Assembly: GCA_963821525.1 (NCBI GenBank)
Contig: CAWGED010000009.1
Coordinates: 1-39,899 of the forward strand
Direction: 5' to 3'
DNA from: an uncultured Gemmatimonadales bacterium
GTDB taxonomy: Bacteria > Gemmatimonadota > Gemmatimonadetes > Gemmatimonadales > GWC2-71-9
DNA: 39,899 nt
Part shown: positions 34,963-39,899 of the stretch, piece after piece
Position numbering within the stretch: the stretch's first letter is position 1
How the letters are laid out: the number at the start of each line of letters is the position of its first letter
Notes under the pieces: generated by a model
Seen by the model: only the letters and a program-made list of their open reading frames with translations
Told to the model about the DNA's origin: nothing
Database searches by the model: none
Position numbers and translations under genes: made by a program

Positions 34963-37900
34963 ACTGGCTGACCATCATCCTGGGTTTTACCGCCACGGTC
35001 ACCGTGGTCGGTTTCCTGGCCATTCTCACCTGGTTGCTGTATACCGGCCACCTGGCGAGGGCAGAGCGTCGTCTGGCCGAGCGGAAGGGGATTTACCGCG
35101 AAGTGGTGACCGGGCTGGCCACACGGGAACGAGCCCTGCTCGAACCCGAGATCCACCAGCTTCGCACTCTCCGCGATTTCGAGGCGTTGGAGGCGGTGCT
35201 CGAGGAACAGGCCCGCAGCTCGACCGAACGTCCCGCCTGGTTGCTCGACGCGTACGATCGTCTCGGCCTGGTCGAGAACTACGCCACCCGGCTCAGAAAA
35301 GCCGAGAAATGGCGGGAGCGCGCCTTCGCCGCTGAGCTGCTGGGACGGGTCGGCAACGCCAAAGCAGTCCCTGCCCTGCTCGAGACCATTCAGGCCACTC
35401 GCACCGAGGATGCCGACGTCCGGGAAATCGCGCTGCGCGCGCTCGCCCGGATCAAGGACCCGCGCGCGGTCGTACCCTTGGTCGAGGCCCTGAGAAAGGC
35501 TGAGGTCTGGCTGGCCCCTCGGATCGCCGACATCCTGGGCCGCCACGGCGAGGTGGTCGTGGACCCGATGATCGCTTTTCTCACCGAGACCACTCGCCAT
35601 CCCGCCCGGGCCTGGGCCGCCAACATCCTCGGGGAACTCCGCGCCCCTCGGGCATTCACGGTACTCGTGCAGGCGCTGGGAGATCTGGATGACGAGGTTC
35701 GGGCCAAGGCGGCCGGGGCGCTGGGGCGTTTGGGAGACCGCCGCGCCATTACCTACCTGCTCGACACCCTGCTCACCGACCCCGCGCCATTCGTCCGCGC
35801 CCGGATCGCCGGCGCCCTGGGTCAATTCAACGAACCTGAAGTCATCGAGCGGCTGGTACGCGCCCTCGGCGATCCGGCCTGGTGGGTCAGGATGCGCAGT
35901 GTCGAAGCGCTGGAGCAGATCGGGCCGGTTGCCGAATCGCCCCTCCTCCTGGCGCTGGACGATCCGGATCCGGAAATCCGTATTCGTGCTGCGGTCGCAC
36001 TCGAGCGCCTCGGGCTCCCGGCCCGGCTCATCAGTCGGATTGAAAGCGGAGACATGGGACAGGACGCACTCGGCACTCTCACCAAGTTTGCGGTGGCCGG
36101 TGCCAGGGAGATGCTCGCCGAGCACCTCCACCACCCTTCGGCCAAGGTCCGAGGTGCAGTCATCGACGCCGTTCGGGTAGCACAGCGCCGCGATCTTGGC
36201 GCCGAGCTTATCGAATGTGCTCAGCAGGATCCGGAGCCGGCAGTCCGAGCCTCCGCACTCGAAGCCCTGCACGCTCTCGGAATCCGTGAGTCGGTGCCCG
36301 CGGCCCTCGATTGCCTGGGCGATGCCGATCCGAAGGTTCGCGCCCAAGCCATGTCTCTTCTGGGAGACCTTGGCGGTCAGGACCTCGCCGACGTCATTGG
36401 GCCTCGCTCGTCTGATCCTCAGCCGCTGGTTCGCGCGGCCGCAGCCCGGGCGCTTGGACTGGTTCGGGCGCGAGACGCGACCGAAGAGTTCACTCGCCTG
36501 CTGCGAGACCCCGAGCCGCAGGTGCGCGCCGCTGCCGCCGACGGCGTCGCCGCTGCCAACGCCCGAGTGGCTGCGCCCGTTCTCACCGATTTGCTGGGAG
36601 ACAACGACCCCGAGGTCCGTCTAGCGGTTGCCCGGGCACTGGGTGCTCTGGGAGACGCCGGCGCAGTGAAGCCTCTGCTCCGTACTTTCCGCGACGCCGA
36701 TCCCGCACTGCGCCTGACCCTGATTCAGAGCATTGCGCGACTCGACCCGGCGGCGCTGGAAGAGCTGATCGATCTCCTCCTGGAAGCGAAGGACGCGATA
36801 AGCCGAGTCGGAGTGGTCGAGACGATCGGGCACTTAAAGTCCGAACACTCATTCGATCTCCTGGAGCGGCTCTGGCGCGACGAGGCGCCTGCCGTTCGCG
36901 TCGCCGTCGCCAATGTGCTCTCCAGGTTTGACGTGGAACGCGCGGCGCCGCTCCTGGCAAAGGGGCTCAGCGATCCCGAATCCCTGGTGCGAGCCCGCGC
37001 GGTGGACGGTCTGGTCCGGCTCGGACGCAACAACCTGGCAGGGGAGATCGTGAAACTCCTCGCCAATGATCCCTCTCCCCTGGTCCGCGAACGGGCCGCT
37101 CTCGCCGCCGGGATCTTTCGTCACTCCGGAGCGGAGATGGCACTGCTCAATGCCTGCCGCTCCGATCAGCCGCTGAACGTTCGCGCCGCTGCCGCGCTGG
37201 CCATTGGCGCCTACGACCAGGAGAGCATGGTGACCCGGGTGCTGGAAATGGCAGACGAGGCCGAGCTGCGCGACATGATTCGCGAGCGCCTGAAGGATGA
37301 CTCGGAGTATCGCCTGCTCGGTCTAAGGCTACGCGAAGCGCGACACGTGGAGTTGCGCGCGCTTGCGTCGACTTCCCGCGAGCAGATGGAAGCCACCCTG
37401 GCCGAAGGAATGCGCGGCGTGCTGAGCGCCGAGCAGCGAATACGCCTCGTCGCGGGACTCAAGGCCTTCCAGGGCGAGCGTAGCCGCAGCGCGCTGCTTC
37501 AGGTGATTCGGGGAGACCCAAGCCCAGAGGTCCGCGCCGCCGCCCTCGCCGCCGTGGGAGAAATGCTGGAGGAGGAAGAGCTGTTCCTCACGGCGAGTCG
37601 CGCCCTGGCGGATCCTCACCGCGATGTGCGCCACGCGGCGATCGCCTTGTTCAAGCGGATCGGCCCCGAGAAGGCGCTGCCGGCATTGGTCCGCCAGCTC
37701 AAAGGTGATGATGACCCGGTCACCCTGCAGGCCGTGGCCGACCGTGCCGAAGCCGATTTCGATGCCTTCGTGGATCTGGCACTCGGCGTAGCGCTCGATG
37801 GACAGGAAGCCATCATGGTGGCGCGGGTCGCGCGCTTCATGCACCACCCCGGCCTGGCCCGTGTGCTCGGCGTGATTGCCCGGAGCGAGACTCCGGATGT

Positions 37901-38468
37901 CCGCGACGCCGTCGCCCGGGCCTGGGCCGGGCGTCCCGACATGATTGACCAGGCGGCCCTCGAGAGCATGACGGCCGACCCCACGGTCTCGGTACGCCGC
38001 GCCGCCGTCCAGGCCTGGCGCGGAGCCCGGCAGTGGGATCGGCTGGCGCTGATGCTTAACGATCCCGATCCCGGAATCCGTCAGGATGTGGCGCTGGCCT
38101 TCCTCGACGCTCCCGATGTGGCGCCACTCGCGGCACTGGAGCAGGATCCCGACGAAATGGTGCGCGCCATGCTCTTCGCGGTGCGTCTGCTCCACGGCGA
38201 TACCGGCGAGATCTCCGGACCCTCGGTCTCCCGGCCGGCCGCGGCAACCGCGATCCGTCGTGCGCGCCCCACCGACTGGCTCCGGGAAACGGCGCGGGGC
38301 GCTCTCGAAGGGAAGGAACGGGCGCCCGCGGCACTCGCCCTCGCGGTTCTGGATGATGAAGTGGCCTATCACGTCATGCGCGCCGATCCGCTGCGGACCA
38401 TCCGCGACCAGGTGACCCGGATGCTCGCCCGCTGGCGGGAGTCGCCCGACGCCCGGCGCCAGGCATGA
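34959..38468 (+). CDS. Membrane-anchored HEAT-repeat protein (1169 aa)
   Basis: N-terminal TM helix followed by many D(P)xxxVRxxAAxALG repeats. GTGA overlap with the receiver gene. Confidence 0.9.
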   Translation: MNWLTIILGFTATVTVVGFLAILTWLLYTGHLARAERRLAERKGIYREVVTGLATRERALLEPEIHQLRTLRDFEALEAVLEEQARSSTERPAWLLDAYDRLGLVENYATRLRKAEKWRERAFAAELLGRVGNAKAVPALLETIQATRTEDADVREIALRALARIKDPRAVVPLVEALRKAEVWLAPRIADILGRHGEVVVDPMIAFLTETTRHPARAWAANILGELRAPRAFTVLVQALGDLDDEVRAKAAGALGRLGDRRAITYLLDTLLTDPAPFVRARIAGALGQFNEPEVIERLVRALGDPAWWVRMRSVEALEQIGPVAESPLLLALDDPDPEIRIRAAVALERLGLPARLISRIESGDMGQDALGTLTKFAVAGAREMLAEHLHHPSAKVRGAVIDAVRVAQRRDLGAELIECAQQDPEPAVRASALEALHALGIRESVPAALDCLGDADPKVRAQAMSLLGDLGGQDLADVIGPRSSDPQPLVRAAAARALGLVRARDATEEFTRLLRDPEPQVRAAAADGVAAANARVAAPVLTDLLGDNDPEVRLAVARALGALGDAGAVKPLLRTFRDADPALRLTLIQSIARLDPAALEELIDLLLEAKDAISRVGVVETIGHLKSEHSFDLLERLWRDEAPAVRVAVANVLSRFDVERAAPLLAKGLSDPESLVRARAVDGLVRLGRNNLAGEIVKLLANDPSPLVRERAALAAGIFRHSGAEMALLNACRSDQPLNVRAAAALAIGAYDQESMVTRVLEMADEAELRDMIRERLKDDSEYRLLGLRLREARHVELRALASTSREQMEATLAEGMRGVLSAEQRIRLVAGLKAFQGERSRSALLQVIRGDPSPEVRAAALAAVGEMLEEEELFLTASRALADPHRDVRHAAIALFKRIGPEKALPALVRQLKGDDDPVTLQAVADRAEADFDAFVDLALGVALDGQEAIMVARVARFMHHPGLARVLGVIARSETPDVRDAVARAWAGRPDMIDQAALESMTADPTVSVRRAAVQAWRGARQWDRLALMLNDPDPGIRQDVALAFLDAPDVAPLAALEQDPDEMVRAMLFAVRLLHGDTGEISGPSVSRPAAATAIRRARPTDWLRETARGALEGKERAPAALALAVLDDEVAYHVMRADPLRTIRDQVTRMLARWRESPDARRQA

Positions 38469-39899
38469 GCCGAGACCTCGTCGCGCAGATCGCTGGAATA
38501 ATCGGGGTCATTCTCCAGCCATTCTTTCTCGCCTATTTCCTGCTCTACAACGGCTACATGCTCACCCTGGTGGCGCTCTCCGCCCGCCAGGTGCGCCGCC
38601 GGGTGGCCGGGCATTTCGTCGAAGATCTCGACCTGATCGACGAGAGCGACTACACCAAGCCGCTCACGATGGTGATCCCTGCCTTCAACGAGGAAGTGAC
38701 GATCGTTGACAGCATTAACAACCTCATTCACTGCGATTATCCCCGATTCGAGGTCGTCGTGGTCAACGATGGTTCCCAGGACCAGACGATGGAGGTGCTG
38801 AAACGCGCCTTCCGGCTCCGCCGTACCGACTTGCCATACCGGGACGCCATCGGAACGGCCAGGGTCCGTGCCACCTACCAGGCCACGGTCCTGCTGCCCA
38901 AGAACGTTTCGCAGCTGGTGGTGATCGACAAGGAAAACGCCGGCAAGGCGGACGCGTTGAACGCCGGGATCAATGCCTCGACCGCGCCGTACTTCGTCAG
39001 CCTCGATGCCGATTCCATCCTCGACCAGCGGGCGCTCAAGGAGCTGATGCGTATGGTCCAGGAAGACCCGCGCATCGTCGCCGTAGGCGGCCAGGTTGCC
39101 ATCGCGAATGGCTGCACCATTCGGCACAGCAAAGTGGTGAACGTGGGCCTGCCCTCCCATCCCTGGGCCCGGTTCCAGATGGTAGAGTACCTGCGTTCCT
39201 TCACCACCGGTCGAACCGGCTTGGACCGGCTCGACTCGATCCTGATTCTCTCCGGCGTCTTCGCCGTCTTCGAGAAGGAGACCGTGATTCGTGCCGGCGG
39301 GTATCTCACGCCGCTGGTGCGGCACCGGCTGGTTGAGGAATACGTCGGGGAAGGCGCCGGCACGGTCTGCGAGGACATGGAGATCGTGGTCCGGCTGCAT
39401 CGCTTCGTGCGAGACAAGCTACGGGATCGCCGGGTCGCCTTTATGCCCCACCCGGTGGCCTGGACCGAGGTGCCGGAGCGGCTCGATTCGCTTCGGAAAC
39501 AGCGGGGACGCTGGTATCGCGGCCTTCGCGAGTCGCTCTTCTACCATCGGGAAATGCTGTTCAACCGGAAGTTCGGCCGGATCGGATGGTTTGCGCTTCC
39601 CGCTTTCTGGCTCTTCGAGTACTACGGCCCGATGATCGAGCTGATCGGCTACCTCTTCCTGCTCACGTTCGTCTTCCTCGAGTTCGTCCTGAAAATTCAC
39701 GTCCTGAATGAGCGCTATGCCGTTGCCTTCCTGCTCGCCTCGCTCGGCTGGGGCACGCTGGTGAATATCTTTGCCGTGCTCGTCGGGGCCTGGCGTTTCC
39801 GCTTCGGGCTGGCGGACAGTCTCCAGCGCGGCCTGCTTCCGTTCAACCGGCGGCGAGATGTGCTGATTCTTCTCGGGTACGCGCTGCTGGAAACCGTGT
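38465..39899 (+). CDS. Processive glycosyltransferase family 2 (PgaC/IcaA-like), 3'-truncated by the window end; not in the ORF track
   Basis: ATG overlaps the HEAT gene stop. Motifs IPAFNEE, VVNDGSQD, NAGKADALNAG, DADS, CEDME, WTEVPE and QRGRW (QxxRW), with TM helices at both ends. Confidence 0.92.
   Translation, partial: MSRDLVAQIAGIIGVILQPFFLAYFLLYNGYMLTLVALSARQVRRRVAGHFVEDLDLIDESDYTKPLTMVIPAFNEEVTIVDSINNLIHCDYPRFEVVVVNDGSQDQTMEVLKRAFRLRRTDLPYRDAIGTARVRATYQATVLLPKNVSQLVVIDKENAGKADALNAGINASTAPYFVSLDADSILDQRALKELMRMVQEDPRIVAVGGQVAIANGCTIRHSKVVNVGLPSHPWARFQMVEYLRSFTTGRTGLDRLDSILILSGVFAVFEKETVIRAGGYLTPLVRHRLVEEYVGEGAGTVCEDMEIVVRLHRFVRDKLRDRRVAFMPHPVAWTEVPERLDSLRKQRGRWYRGLRESLFYHREMLFNRKFGRIGWFALPAFWLFEYYGPMIELIGYLFLLTFVFLEFVLKIHVLNERYAVAFLLASLGWGTLVNIFAVLVGAWRFRFGLADSLQRGLLPFNRRRDVLILLGYALLETV

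Overview
GC-rich bacterial chromosomal window. Gemmatimonadota-like origin is my inference from gene content, the futalosine-pathway mqnD and the repeat style. Left to right: (1) a four-helix-bundle (TIGR02436/bAvd-like) gene enclosed by inverted arrays of an 8-mer repeat, then a small exported protein and an Omp85/BamA-like gene, each broken by two single-base deletions; (2) an ~12 kb surface glycan/lipid cluster with 2 SAM methyltransferases, 3 GT4 glycosyltransferases, a Wzx-like flippase, a PhnW-like class V aminotransferase, 2 cytidylyltransferases and 2 CDP-alcohol phosphotransferases; (3) an alpha/beta hydrolase, HAD-IIA hydrolase, pseudo-receiver, NarL/LuxR regulator and frameshifted patatin remnant; (4) a divergent pair of GMC oxidoreductases (one fused to a duplicated membrane domain), followed by a metallophosphoesterase, a membrane protein, an unannotated 45-aa ORF and a 1208-aa Venus-flytrap-like/multi-TM protein; (5) glnA, a small hypothetical gene, a zinc-ribbon protein and mqnD; (6) REC-HD-GYP, REC, a large HEAT-repeat protein and a processive GT2 that runs off the window end. 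At least eight gene junctions carry 7-9-mer tandem arrays, mostly as inverted pairs, and a REP-like hairpin occurs three times, once in-frame inside a gene. No rRNA, tRNA, CRISPR array or transposase was seen. All family calls come from motifs read by eye; no database search was run.
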